In this document: in pieces, positions 43,769 through 55,243 of the stretch
Numbering within the stretch: position 1 is the first letter of the stretch
Layout: each line of letters starts with the position of its first letter
Origin: Candidatus Heimdallarchaeota archaeon
GTDB taxonomy: Archaea > Asgardarchaeota > Heimdallarchaeia > Hodarchaeales > Hodarchaeaceae
Direction of reading: 5' to 3'
Assembly (NCBI GenBank): GCA_011364965.1
Contig: RDOB01000003.1
Span: 528,939-592,938, forward strand
Length of the DNA: 64,000 nt
The notes under the pieces: model-generated
Databases searched by the model: none
What the model saw: the letters and a program-made list of their open reading frames with translations, nothing else
What the model was told of the DNA's origin: nothing
Made by a program: the position numbers and the translations under genes

Positions 43769-44108
43769 ATTATATGTTCAATTTATGTTGGTTATAGGTA
43801 ATACCCAGTAAACTAAAAATAACTCTAATATAGAACCTTCAATCCTAAACTACCTCAATAATTTCAAGAATTCTTTAAATAATCAAACTTTCTTAATTGA
43901 TAGAGTTAATCCATTATCTGTTAAAAAGATTAGGCCCCTTGGTTGGATTAGAAAAAATCCATCTATTCTTGTTAAATTATTTTGAAACATCAGAAATTAC
44001 GTCAAAAATGTAAAGATTGGATCTTGAACTAGGAAAAATACTTTTCATAAAATATAAAGCACAATTATAATTAATAAACTACAGAAAAATGATTGGTGGA
44101 GAGCTGTC

Positions 44109-45296
44109 ATGTCAAAGAATTTAAAAATACCACGAGATAAAGAAAACGATTATACCAGAGATATGGCAAGAAAACGCTGTGACTTCATAAAAGAAGCAAC
44201 TGGCGTAGAAATGAAACATGTAAATTCTTACTCGTTTGAACCTGACATACTACGGGGAAATATTGAAAACTTTATAGGAGTTGCTCAGGTACCCATAGGA
44301 CTCGCAGGTCCCCTGCTGGTGAATGGAGAATATGCCAAGGGTGAATTCTATGTACCCCTAGCAACAAGCGAGGGTACCCTCGTAGCAAGTTATAATCGTG
44401 GAATGAAAATTATAAGAGAGTGTAGTGGTGTAAAAACAACAATTCAGGAAGAGGCAATGCAGCGAGCGCCGGCTTTCATATTCGATGATGCACGCCAAGC
44501 ACGCGATTTCGGTATCTGGCTTAAGGAACATTTTGATGAAATTAAGGCTCAAGCAGAATCCACCACAAGGATTGGCAAGCTGATAGCTATTGAGCAGTAT
44601 CATGCTGGGAGATTTGTGTTTACCCGTTTTGATTACACCACAGGCGACGCAGCTGGACAAAACATGACAGGAAAGGCAACTTTCTTTGCGTGTGAATGGA
44701 TCAGGCAAGTTCATCCTAATGTAAACAGATATATGATAGATGGAAATTTGTCCACCGATAAAAAGCATTCACAGATAAATGTTTTGCGAACAAGAGGGAA
44801 AAGAGTTACTGCAGAAATAATTATCCCTGAAAAAATAGTTCGCGAACGAATGAACCAATCCCCTCAAAGACTCCAGTACTATCATCAGGTAAGCGGCATA
44901 GGCACCATGATGTCAGGAGCAGCAAATAATGGTAGTCATTCGGCCAATGGAATAACAGCACTATTTATTGCCTGCGGACAAGATGTAGCAAATGTTTCCG
45001 AGGGAGCAGCTGCGATAACCTATAGCGAGAGGACAATAGAAGGTAATTATTACTTCTCAGTCACAATACCTGCGATGATCGTGGCTACCTACGGAGGAGG
45101 AACTGGACTGGCAACCCAACAAGAGTGCCTGAAAATGCTGGGGTGTGCTGGGACGGGTAATGTGAAGAAATTCGCTGAGATTGTTGCAGGTACTGTACTT
45201 GCAGGAGAACTTTCTCTTATGAGTGCAATGCGGGTAAACATAAATGGAACTAGCGACTGGATTGAAAGTCACGATAAACTAGGTCGAAATAGATAA
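44109..45296 (+). CDS. hmgA: HMG-CoA reductase, class I-like
   Basis: ENFIG, PLATSEGTLVAS, GDAAGQNM, DKK, CGQDVAN, GGGT, C-terminal His. Confidence 0.9.
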   Translation: MSKNLKIPRDKENDYTRDMARKRCDFIKEATGVEMKHVNSYSFEPDILRGNIENFIGVAQVPIGLAGPLLVNGEYAKGEFYVPLATSEGTLVASYNRGMKIIRECSGVKTTIQEEAMQRAPAFIFDDARQARDFGIWLKEHFDEIKAQAESTTRIGKLIAIEQYHAGRFVFTRFDYTTGDAAGQNMTGKATFFACEWIRQVHPNVNRYMIDGNLSTDKKHSQINVLRTRGKRVTAEIIIPEKIVRERMNQSPQRLQYYHQVSGIGTMMSGAANNGSHSANGITALFIACGQDVANVSEGAAAITYSERTIEGNYYFSVTIPAMIVATYGGGTGLATQQECLKMLGCAGTGNVKKFAEIVAGTVLAGELSLMSAMRVNINGTSDWIESHDKLGRNR

Positions 45297-45380
45297 ATTT
45301 CGAATCAATTAAAAAAGCAGGGGAAATCCTCGAGTTTCTTTGAAATTAAACATAATTAAAAAACAAGAAAGAGAGAGATA

Positions 45381-47273
45381 ATGAACGAAAATAACAAATC
45401 GAAGAAAGGATATATCATTCCTGAAGAAGACTACAAAAAGCAAATGGAATATATCAATATAATGGACCCGTATCCCCCAGACCTTTTTTACAAACTTTTT
45501 CTTGAATACAACAAAAAAGCAAGGACAGAAGTAGGTATCAACTTTGGGAGTATAATTGAGGACGCTGCAGTAAAGTATCCCAACAGGATCGCAGTTAAGT
45601 GGGACGATAAGGACATACCTGTAACCGCGATGCAGATGATAGTACCCCATATCAAATATAAGGAATTCAATGAAAATATAAACCGCTATGCAAACTATTT
45701 TCTTAAAATAGGTCTCAAAAAGGGAGATATAATCTGTTTACTGGTTGGTAACAGGGTTGATTCCCTTATACTGCATGCAGCAGCAGCAAAAGTCGGGGCA
45801 ATATCATCGATGATGAATACTGGTTGGCGATCTAATACACTTTCATACGCCATAAATCTGAACCCCTGTAAGGCCATCATAATTGGCGAAGAGTTGATCA
45901 ACCTTTTCAACCAAACAAAAGCAGAAATCAATAAAACTGAGGATCAAAAATTATATTTTCTCCCTGATTCGGGTAAAATACAGACACCTCCTAATATTAT
46001 TGATATGAAAGAAGAAATTAAAAACATGTCTATTGATAATCCTCCTACAACCAGAACTATCAGCATCTTCGATCCTTGTCACCTGGTATTTACCTCAGGT
46101 ACCACTGGAGGCAAGCCTAAAGCAGCGTTTACTATGCATAAAACCATGATTGAGAATGCGTATGCCTTCGAAATGATTCTTGACTTGCAAAAGAATGACA
46201 CCATCTACGCTCCACTTCCGTTTTTTCACAATACTTTTCTTACAGCAACATGGCCCCCAGCAATGAAAGCAGGTAGTGCAATTGCTATTCGAAGAAAATT
46301 CAGTGCCAGCAGGTTCTGGGATGATACTCGTAAATTCAGGGCTACAAAGTTTTGCTATGTGGGTGAGCTTTGCCGCTATCTCATGAATCAAGCTGAAAAA
46401 CCTGATGACGGATTAAATCCGGTGAATGGGATTTACGGGAACGGCTTGCGACCCGAAGTATGGAAGGCCTTTAAGAAGCGCTTTAACATCATATCGGTCA
46501 ATGAGTTTTACGGATCAGCTGAACTACCCAGCGGGTTTGTTAACCAATATAACTTCGATTGTACCATCGGACGAAGCGTGAAAAAGAACGCGGTGGTAGC
46601 TTATGACATCGATAGAAATGAACCAATCAGAGATAAGGATGGATTCATACAAAAAGTCGATTTTGGTAAGGTAGGTCTATGCATCTTTGAAGTAACAGAA
46701 AAGGAACCGCTCCTAGGATACACAAATAAAGACGATACCGAAAAAAAGCTCCTTCACGATGTGTTCCAGAAGGGAGACACTTGGTTTAATACAGGTGATC
46801 TGATGAGAAACATCGGATACGGACACAGACAGTTTGTAGATAGACTCGGTGACACATTCCGCTGGCACGGCGAGAATGTATCAACTACCGAAGTAGAAGC
46901 AGTTCTCGATTCCTCAAAACAGATCTACATATCAGCAACATATGGTGTGAAAATACCGAATACTGAAGGACGCGCGGGAATGGCAGCCGTGGTAATTTTG
47001 GATAAAACACTCGAGGAATTTGATTTCAAGAAACTTTCAGAACTACTGAAAAATAAACTGCCCGATTTTGCGATACCAAAGTTTCTAAGGTTTAAAGCAA
47101 ATCTAAAACAAACTCCAACAATGAAGATCAAAAAAAATAAGCTGAAAAAAGAAGAATATGACATTACAATCATTAAAGATCCTGTATACGTGCTTTTGCC
47201 AGGTGAAGAGACTTACCAGCCGCTAACCGCCGAGATCCTGAAGAATATGAAAAAAGGAACCTATAAATTTTAA
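45381..47273 (+). CDS. Long-chain acyl-CoA synthetase (FATP-like)
   Basis: FTSGTTG, YVGELCRYL, GNGLR, EFYG, TGDLM, DRLGDTFRWHGENVSTTEVE. Confidence 0.92.
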   Translation: MNENNKSKKGYIIPEEDYKKQMEYINIMDPYPPDLFYKLFLEYNKKARTEVGINFGSIIEDAAVKYPNRIAVKWDDKDIPVTAMQMIVPHIKYKEFNENINRYANYFLKIGLKKGDIICLLVGNRVDSLILHAAAAKVGAISSMMNTGWRSNTLSYAINLNPCKAIIIGEELINLFNQTKAEINKTEDQKLYFLPDSGKIQTPPNIIDMKEEIKNMSIDNPPTTRTISIFDPCHLVFTSGTTGGKPKAAFTMHKTMIENAYAFEMILDLQKNDTIYAPLPFFHNTFLTATWPPAMKAGSAIAIRRKFSASRFWDDTRKFRATKFCYVGELCRYLMNQAEKPDDGLNPVNGIYGNGLRPEVWKAFKKRFNIISVNEFYGSAELPSGFVNQYNFDCTIGRSVKKNAVVAYDIDRNEPIRDKDGFIQKVDFGKVGLCIFEVTEKEPLLGYTNKDDTEKKLLHDVFQKGDTWFNTGDLMRNIGYGHRQFVDRLGDTFRWHGENVSTTEVEAVLDSSKQIYISATYGVKIPNTEGRAGMAAVVILDKTLEEFDFKKLSELLKNKLPDFAIPKFLRFKANLKQTPTMKIKKNKLKKEEYDITIIKDPVYVLLPGEETYQPLTAEILKNMKKGTYKF

Positions 47274-47932
47274 ATTGATGCTAGTATGTGGCTTACACAC
47301 AATGATTTCTTAGCAATAAAATCAACTATCTTATTTCCAGTACATAATATACCACAATCAATCATGATTTCATAATAATCTGAAGTTCTATTATTTGTGT
47401 TAACTACTTACATTACCTTTGTGTCATTAGATTTTTTTTTCTTTATATATTTTCTATACTGAAATGATGCAGCATAAATGAAGAAAATTTAATCAAGTTA
47501 CCTGCCTTCCTCCCTAAACAATCACAGAAAGAAAGGCAATACAAAAACGAAATGGGATATATGTATTATTAAAAATCTAATACAAACTGAAAATTCCAAT
47601 TCTTAATACATCTAGATAGGTTTTAAACCTTTATTTAATTTATCAAGAGGCCAATTTTGTGTTGATCCAGTTGTTTCAAGTTCTGGGACCCACTCCATTG
47701 AAACCAAATATGCAGATAATTAATAAATGTGGTATTATGTGGTTCATCCTCTATATAGGGAAAAATAATAATAACTTAGATAACGGTATGTAATGAGCGA
47801 ATCAAATATATTGCATTCTACCTAAAGGCGCAAACCTCCACGCTTAAAATACCGCAAAGCTTTCACAACCGAGAGTCAATAGCAGGAAGAGTATGGAATA
47901 AAAATCTTTTAGTTCAAAGAGAGAGAGAAAAT

Positions 47933-48127
47933 CTATTTGGATTTAAAAAGATCGTCTAATTCAGTTATGGCGTCTTTAAAGGTATAATTCTCGAATACAC
48001 TCCGTCCTTGAAGGATTGTAGTAATCATATCCTTTTGTTGCTCAGTCATATCTTTCGTTAGTTCAGCTAAAAGGTGATTTCCATCAATAGGGGTTAGCGG
48101 ATTTGTTTGCATCCTTGAACCTCGCAA
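47933..48127 (-). CDS. Small hypothetical protein
   Basis: Protein-like 59-64 aa ORF with GAGG before MQTN. Confidence 0.45.
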   Translation of the reverse strand: MRGSRMQTNPLTPIDGNHLLAELTKDMTEQQKDMITTILQGRSVFENYTFKDAITELDDLFKSK

Positions 48128-48639
48128 TGAAAAACAAATGCCTGATGAAATTGAATATCAACCGAACACTCCACTGATCCTTATAAGGTTTTCTTCAAAC
48201 ACATGAACAATTGGTGTGGAAAAAGGTACACAATTTAAGCAAGGGATTAGGCGAGGTACAGTTCAACATTGAGACGTTGACCTTTTTAGTTGCAAATACT
48301 ACCACAAGTTTTCGAACAAAGGAGCTTAGCTTTCTTCCTCTTTCGATGAAATTGATAACTATAAGCCATTAAGAAAAAGTCTGGTCTAGTTATCAATAAT
48401 CCTCGCAAATTATAGAGAAACTAGGGAATCCAGATATAATTCATCGTCTTTTCCACTCTCGTGTTAAGTGTGTGATTCCAACGAAGAGAATAAGTATCCT
48501 CCGCATAGATATATGGATACATTCCCCACCCTGCTACGTGTTCGGGTAATTGAGGCTCAATTCCGTTACGGTAACTTGGACACCTAATTTTAGCGGTTTG
48601 GTTACTACAGCCATATAAGCAATAATACTTTATCCTTCA

Positions 48640-49398
48640 AGCATTGCTTGATTCAACGATTTCAGGCTACTTGAAAAAGGACTCTTGCTTATGATATCCA
48701 AAATAAAATCATAACTCTCTCCTCTCTTGGTGAAGCCCTCCCGAGTATAATCAAAACCTGATCAGCTCCAACGGATTTTAAAATATCTAATTTTGTAGTA
48801 CGATCTACAGCTGTTACTTCTGCACCAAAGTATTTGCAAGCTGGATAACAAAAGAACCTATTGTACCAGTAGCCCCATTAATCAGTATTTTCCGCTTTTC
48901 ACGAAGATTTCCTTGTCTAAGGAAATTTAAAGCCTCGATTCCTCCAACAGGAATGGTTGTAGCTTCTTCATAACTAATACTAGTTGGTTTTAAAGCTAGT
49001 ACTCCATTATTAGGATCTTCAGAGATAGAAATAAACTCAGCATATGTTTCCATACCCTAAAAATCAGTAGAGGCAAAAACCTGATCCCCAACTTGGAATC
49101 GTTTCACTTCTTTACCAATAGCTTCTATTTCCCCAGCAAAATCCATACCAAGAATAGTGATTCTCGTCGGTTTTCTAAATCCTATATATACACGCATTAT
49201 AAGCTTGTACCAGAAAGTTAATTTGAGACTGCGCTGTTCACAGTCTCCAGTAGACACAGATGTAGCATGAATTCTCACTAAAACCTCATCATCTTGAGGA
49301 GGTGGCTTCGGTACCTCCTGAACTAGAAGTACCTTTGGAGAACCATAATCCGTCCATATTACAGCCCTCATTTTGTTTTCACTCAATTCTAACGCCAA
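48640..49398 (-). pseudogene. Decayed MDR / quinone oxidoreductase-like gene
   Basis: In-frame TAG at 49057, frameshift after LA near 48833, then GAEVTAVD...GADQV and a further frameshift. Confidence 0.85.
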
Positions 49399-49411
49399 TT
49401 CTTAAGTAGCT

Positions 49412-50353
49412 CTAAACCACGGTAATAACCACATTACCTCTTTTGCGATAAGAATCAACGTACCGATAAGCTTCCACTATCTCATCTAACGAGTAGGTTC
49501 GATCTATGACAGCTTTAAACTTCCCTGCTTCACAAAGCTCCTTGAGCTCAGCAAGAAGACCCAGTACTTGATCTTTCTTGATCTTATCAGAAGATTTATC
49601 CACATTGAGGTAAATGCCATTTTTTTTCAATGCTTTCTTATATTCACCTTTATACCTGTCGACCGCATCAAAAATAATGTCGTAAATTTCACCTAAATTG
49701 ACAAAATCGGTGGTTTTATAGTCCACAATTACGTCAGCTCCTAATGATTTAACAAAATCGTGATTCGCACCACTACATACGGCAGTTACTTCTGCACCTA
49801 ACGTTTTGGCTAATAGGAGGGCAGATGATCCGACACTACCAGAAGCTCCGTAAATAAGCATTTTTTGACCTGGTTTGATATTAGCCATTTTAATGATCCC
49901 CAAAGTCGTAATCCCGCCAGAAGGGATTACTGCTGCCTCCTTAAAACTCAAATTAGCAGGTTTTGAGGTAATAACTCCATTTTCTTTCATTGTTTTGTAT
50001 TCAGCGTGCGCCCCAAATTTCTCCCAAACCGTGGAAGCCCAAACTTCATCACCAACCTTGAATTTCCTTACATCTTTTCCAACAGCTTCGATTATTCCTG
50101 ATAACTCCATTCCTAGAACTCCATTCCCAACGCGTCTAAATCCTAGAAATAATCGAGCCAAAATAGACATGAAAAAAGGACCTGGAATATCTAGCCCCCG
50201 CATTCGGGAATCTCCTCGGTGTAATGAGGTAGCATGAATTTTAATCAAAACTTCAGTATCCTTAGGAATAGGTTTGTCAAATTCTCTTAGTTCTACTACC
50301 TCAGGAGGACCATATTTGGTGCAGTAAGCCACTTTCATTTTTTTACCTTCCAT
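49412..50353 (-). CDS. NAD(P)-dependent MDR oxidoreductase (zinc-independent, Qor-like)
   Basis: YGPPEV, LGMELSG, GASGSVG, LGADVIVDY, GNVVI. Confidence 0.92.
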   Translation of the reverse strand: MEGKKMKVAYCTKYGPPEVVELREFDKPIPKDTEVLIKIHATSLHRGDSRMRGLDIPGPFFMSILARLFLGFRRVGNGVLGMELSGIIEAVGKDVRKFKVGDEVWASTVWEKFGAHAEYKTMKENGVITSKPANLSFKEAAVIPSGGITTLGIIKMANIKPGQKMLIYGASGSVGSSALLLAKTLGAEVTAVCSGANHDFVKSLGADVIVDYKTTDFVNLGEIYDIIFDAVDRYKGEYKKALKKNGIYLNVDKSSDKIKKDQVLGLLAELKELCEAGKFKAVIDRTYSLDEIVEAYRYVDSYRKRGNVVITVV

Positions 50354-50607
50354 TTCTTCAACCTTCCTAATTGAGGTCTTTTAATACCCGTATATAAGCG
50401 CATGGGATATCCTAACATCAGGGTCATCTTCAAACTGCGCATTTCACAGTCACCAGCCATTACCGAAACTGCTTTTACTTTTATTAGAACTTCATTTGCC
50501 ATAGGCGTGGGTTTCTTTACTTCTTGAAACTGAAGGCCATCGGGTGATCCGTATTTCGTCCAGACTGTTGCCTTCATTGCCTCTCCTTCAGTCACTGTGT
50601 TCACCAT
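50335..50607 (-). pseudogene. Truncated N-terminal MDR paralog
   Basis: MKATVWTKYGSPDGLQ...EVLIKV...GDCEMR, then abrupt junction with the next gene. Confidence 0.8.
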
Positions 50608-50769
50608 TCATGTGTTAACAACAAAATAGAATTTGTTTTAATATATTAAGCTTTGAAAACCACTTTCTTTTTTTATCTACATATTTACCAGCTAATTGCA
50701 GAAATGGAAAAAATAATCGAAAATTATCTTTCTTTGTTTAGAAAGTATATCTTATTCAATTCCAAGTTT

Positions 50770-51267
50770 CTATTTGACTTCCTCAAATGATTCCTGTTTG
50801 AGGTTTAAAGCAAACTCTTTAGCACGTTTAAAATCTTCTGCATTCGGTCGTCCTCTATTGAGACCACCAAAAAACTTTATGAAACTATTCGTGTTAAAAC
50901 CAGGGCAACTAAACTCGCCAATAATCTTGTACCCGTGGGATTGTAATTTTTCCTTGAGCGGAATATGGCATTTGGAAGTATAATTTCTGAATTCTTCTGC
51001 AAACCGACCTGGAGACCCACTAGTAGAAAAAATAAATGCTTTTTTAGTAGTAACTTGAGGAAGGGTGTCCACAAGATTGAAGATAGCTTTGTGATGAGTA
51101 TCAGAATATATACCCGAACCAAAACCGATCAAATCAAAATTCTTTAGCTCTTCTGGGTTAACTTCTCGTGGAGTTTTGATTTCAGCATTCAGAACATCTG
51201 CAATGACTTTTGCGATCTTTACTGTATTTTGATGATGAATTGACTTCACAATAACTAATATTTTCAT
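50770..51267 (-). CDS. Flavodoxin-family protein
   Basis: SIHHQNT, GFGSGIY, FSTSG, GEFSCPG, GRP. Confidence 0.9.
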   Translation of the reverse strand: MKILVIVKSIHHQNTVKIAKVIADVLNAEIKTPREVNPEELKNFDLIGFGSGIYSDTHHKAIFNLVDTLPQVTTKKAFIFSTSGSPGRFAEEFRNYTSKCHIPLKEKLQSHGYKIIGEFSCPGFNTNSFIKFFGGLNRGRPNAEDFKRAKEFALNLKQESFEEVK

Positions 51268-51628
51268 TTATATGTCTCCAAAGCAAATATATCAGCAGAG
51301 CTTCAGTACAAAAAGATATATTCGTCTTTTATCAACTTAAAAGCCCATATTTGATCATTTCTATAAAAAATTTTTATCTTTCTTTTTCACCGAAGACAAA
51401 CTCTGATGCTACTAATCATGATGAATATAAACATTAATTCTCTCAATGTCATGAAGTCTGAAAATTGAAAATATGAAATGATTGAACCAATCAATTCCAA
51501 ATATGCTTGCGAATAATTCTTTTCACTTACGAAGTCTAACACTGTTTGTCAGAAGCCAGGATTACTAATAGTCTTTATCAACCAATTCCCCCTCTAGTTG
51601 GAAGACTGGCATTTACACATTTGGTATC

Positions 51629-53002
51629 TTGAACGTATTTCTTCTATTATATTTCTCTTTCAGCAGTCCATCAGTTATTACTCGCTGGACTGGTAGTAGT
51701 TATTTCTTGATAGTTCTGGTATTAGGGATTGTATTTACTTTAATTGGCCTTGTTATTCTCATTAAACCTAATTTAGTGGATCAAATGCATCTTTGGTTTT
51801 TCTGGGGAATTAATATTGTATTTTTAGCCTCTTTAGTCTACACAATCCTTTTGAATCAAGTATTTTTCCCTAGCTCACCCACTAGCTATCCATTTACTGC
51901 ACCCTCAACAGCCATCATTCAGGACATTACTCTATTAATTTTTTTATTAACCAGTCCAATTCTGATTATCGATTTTATTTACTTTTCAAGGCAATTAATT
52001 GTGGAAACCCCTTCATTTAGACAAATAAGTGGAAGCTTCACGATAGCTGCATTTTTTTTCCTATTAATGATCTTTGCGCACATATTTACAACTGTTTACG
52101 ACTATATTCCTGAAATTGGACCCCTTTTCAGAGACCAATTCTGGTTTGTCCATTTGGTAGTAGCCATAGGGATTATGGTCCCAATTCTCCAATTAAAAAG
52201 TAAAATGGATCTTAACCTCAAACCTATCTCAAAACCTCTACCAAAGCTCTCTATAACCATCATTCTCTTATTAATCCTCACTTTGGGGTTAGTAATTACT
52301 TCACCATATCCACCACTTCCAGAGGATAAATCTTCTCTAAAAATCATAACATATAATATTCGACAAGGATATAGTCTATCGGGAGTAAAAAACTTAGATG
52401 GTCAATTAGCAATTCTAAAAGAAGTAGACGCAGATATCATTGGCTTGCAAGAATCAGATTCAGCCCGGATATCAGGGGGAAATTGTGATCCAGTTCGATA
52501 TTTCGCTAATCACCTTCATATGCACTCCTATTACGGGCCAAAATCAGTCACAGGGACATTTGGGATTGCCCTCCTTTCAAAAAACCCCATCAAAACTGCA
52601 AGAACTTTTTTCATGTACAGTATTGGCGAGCAAACCGCTTGTATCCATGCGTAAATTAAAGTTAGCACAAAAGGTTTTAATGTCTTTGTAACGCATCTTG
52701 GAAACGGAAGGCCTATTATTCAACAAGAAAATGTCTTAAAAGAAGTTAGTGGTAAGAATAATGTCATATTAATGGGTGATTTTAACTTTAGACCATACTC
52801 TACTCAATATAATCTAACGACCGCTATTCTTAATGATTCATGGACTTTGAAATGGCCATCATGGATTGATGATCAAAATTATAACGGTAGTCGCGAGATA
52901 GATCATATCTTTGTATCATTTGGAACAATAATTATTAACACACGGATTATTGAAAGCAGTGCATCAGATCATCCAGCAGTTTGGGCCGAAATAACGATCT
53001 GA
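51629..53002 (+). pseudogene. Membrane EEP-fold protein (Cwh43/PGAP2IP-like) with in-frame TAA at 52652-52654
   Basis: TYNI, GLQESD...GNCD, ALLSK, then in the same frame VTHL, MGDFN, IDHIF, SDH. Confidence 0.82.
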
Positions 53003-53007
53003 ACTCC

Positions 53008-54204
53008 TTACTTTAGGATCTTTCTTTTTCTCCCAAGATAAGCTCTGAAAATACCTACCACGACGAACATAGACAGGAGTTCTCTCAACGTCAAGAAGTC
53101 TGTAGATTCTATATCGATTGTAGAAGTACTGCTTGTAGCAGTACTGGTTGTATTCGAGGAAACTTGGGTGTTTCTTAATATCCAGGAGTTATTAGATGGA
53201 TGATAAATCCACAGATCGCCGAGGGTGGCTACACTATTTTCAGTACTCAGATAACCACCAAATAAAATTCCTTTATGGTTTATCGAGTCATAAACAAATG
53301 TTGCACATGTTCTTGGGGATGGAGATACACTCAAACTTAAAATCTCCCATGTATTGGTATTATAATCATAAAGCCAGGTTTCGCTTAACAGGTTTCCGCC
53401 AAATCCTCCAAAAAGGATTCCTTTGTCATTGATGGGATCATAGATCATAGAATGCAAATAGCGGGAACCAGGAGGGGAGGTTGGGTTTAACTCATTCCAT
53501 GAATTGGTAGTATAGTCATATTCCCAAGTATCATCCCTATATCCTTCAGCGCTATTTCCTCCAAACAGAATAATTTTCTGATTAGTAGAATCATACACCA
53601 TAGTATGCCCATATCGGGCTTCAGGTTTTATAGAGGGATTAAGTTCGGTCCAGATATTTGTAACTGGATCATAAGCCCAGAATTCATCATTAATTTTCTC
53701 ATTTAATCCCCCAAAGAGAATTACTTTTTGATTGACTGGGTCAAAAACCATAGCATGATTATATAATGAAGGGGGAGAAGTTCCAGTTGATTTTAGAGTC
53801 CAAGTATTACTGGGAAATTTAAAGACCCAGGTTTCCGTAGGGCCCCCTCCAAATAGAATTGTTTGGTTTGCAGTAGAATCATATACCATAGCATGCGAAT
53901 CTCTGGCTGAAGGGTGAGTGGTTGGAGCTAGATCCGTCCAGAGGTTGTCGTTATAATTATAAGCCCAAGTATCATCTAAATGTTGGAATCCTGATGTTAA
54001 CGTATCCCAACTACCACCAAATAAAATAGTTTGTTGATTGGTAGAATCAAAGACCATTGCATGCATTGTTCTGTCACGAGGAGAAGTACCTTGGACGATT
54101 TCAGCGGTAGTATCACTTAAATCAGCTCTAACAGTATAAAATACAAGATTTATAACAATTAAAAGAATAAAGACCTCTCCAAAGTTTTTGGGCTTCGCTC
54201 TCAA
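53008..54204 (-). CDS. Kelch-repeat surface protein with C-terminal anchor
   Basis: Six HxMVYD...ILFGG...TW repeats, Ser/Thr linker, TM helix and RKRK tail. Confidence 0.9.
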   Translation of the reverse strand: MRAKPKNFGEVFILLIVINLVFYTVRADLSDTTAEIVQGTSPRDRTMHAMVFDSTNQQTILFGGSWDTLTSGFQHLDDTWAYNYNDNLWTDLAPTTHPSARDSHAMVYDSTANQTILFGGGPTETWVFKFPSNTWTLKSTGTSPPSLYNHAMVFDPVNQKVILFGGLNEKINDEFWAYDPVTNIWTELNPSIKPEARYGHTMVYDSTNQKIILFGGNSAEGYRDDTWEYDYTTNSWNELNPTSPPGSRYLHSMIYDPINDKGILFGGFGGNLLSETWLYDYNTNTWEILSLSVSPSPRTCATFVYDSINHKGILFGGYLSTENSVATLGDLWIYHPSNNSWILRNTQVSSNTTSTATSSTSTIDIESTDFLTLRELLSMFVVVGIFRAYLGRKRKILK

Positions 54205-54504
54205 AAGATAGACCTCATGAATTACTTTCTGACCAGTTTTTCAAGAATCCTTGCCTACTAATCTAAAAACAAATCCATCCTATCCGATAAAATCTACTAT
54301 AATAACTTAGGACAGTATTTTCTAAATAGAAATTAATTAGGGCTCAAACATGGGAAATTAGAATTGGATGAATGAGTTTCCCCTTGCCAAAAATTAGGAT
54401 TATTCTTTGAGGATTATAACACAGGGAAGAAAAGAAAGATGAATGGCTAAATAAATTCAAATATACTTAGGTAAACTATTTATATATTATAGTATATTTA
54501 TTAA

Positions 54505-55242
54505 TTGATGATTTACGATAAACCAATTTTTGAGATTTTGCACTTTCTATCAAAAGAAAAAATGACTACATTCACAAATCTTCAATCAACCATTGTTTCA
54601 AATCCAAGAACATTATCCAAGAAATTAAAAATCCTTGTTGAAAAAGACCTCCTTATAAAAGAAGGGAATATTTACAAAATTACTGAAAAAGGTTTGGTTT
54701 TCTTCGAATTATATCAAAATGCTATATTTCTCCTTCATGGATTTAAAGCTGAATTAAGTAGTCTAAATGTCCCAATCTTGATAAAATTGGCACTTCAGGA
54801 GTACATTAAAATACTGATTAATGAATTAAAAAACAAATTGGGGTGTATTATTCTTTTTGGGTCATATGCAACTGGAACATGGGATGAAACCAGTGATATC
54901 GATTTGGCATTATTTTTGGAAGACATTAGCGATTTATCCCTGTTGTTTGAACAGCTGACAAAATGCCGTCGAAAATTCAGAGCATCACTTAATTATCAGG
55001 TGCTAATCCAAAAAGATTATTCCTTTAGAATCCAGCATATTCCGTTCAGCATAAAAGAGACCAAAACATTTCATAATCTTTATCCTGATCTAATTACAAC
55101 AGGGGTAAAACTCTACGATCCAAATGGATATTATGAAGAATTTAAAGAGCAGATCATTGAAAGGATTAAACAAGAAAAATTAATGAAAATTTGTAACATC
55201 GATGGTACTGAATATTGGAAAAAACTTACCGAGGTGAGGTAG
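54505..55242 (+). CDS. wHTH-fused minimal nucleotidyltransferase (MNT antitoxin)
   Basis: N-terminal PRTLSKKLKIL...YKITEKG; LFGSYATG...SDIDL. Confidence 0.88.
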   Translation: MMIYDKPIFEILHFLSKEKMTTFTNLQSTIVSNPRTLSKKLKILVEKDLLIKEGNIYKITEKGLVFFELYQNAIFLLHGFKAELSSLNVPILIKLALQEYIKILINELKNKLGCIILFGSYATGTWDETSDIDLALFLEDISDLSLLFEQLTKCRRKFRASLNYQVLIQKDYSFRIQHIPFSIKETKTFHNLYPDLITTGVKLYDPNGYYEEFKEQIIERIKQEKLMKICNIDGTEYWKKLTEVR

Positions 55243-55243
55243 T

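Noticed and set aside
48290-48540. Minus-strand protein-like text with an RKRKK stretch as another anchor remnant
   Set aside because: It has an internal stop, no clear TM helix and no paralog in the window to confirm it
49057-49059. In-frame TAG/TAA codons (also 11011, 16161, 52652, 56863) as pyrrolysine or stop-codon recoding
   Set aside because: Most co-occur with frameshifts or truncations, and both TAG and TAA terminate intact genes in this window
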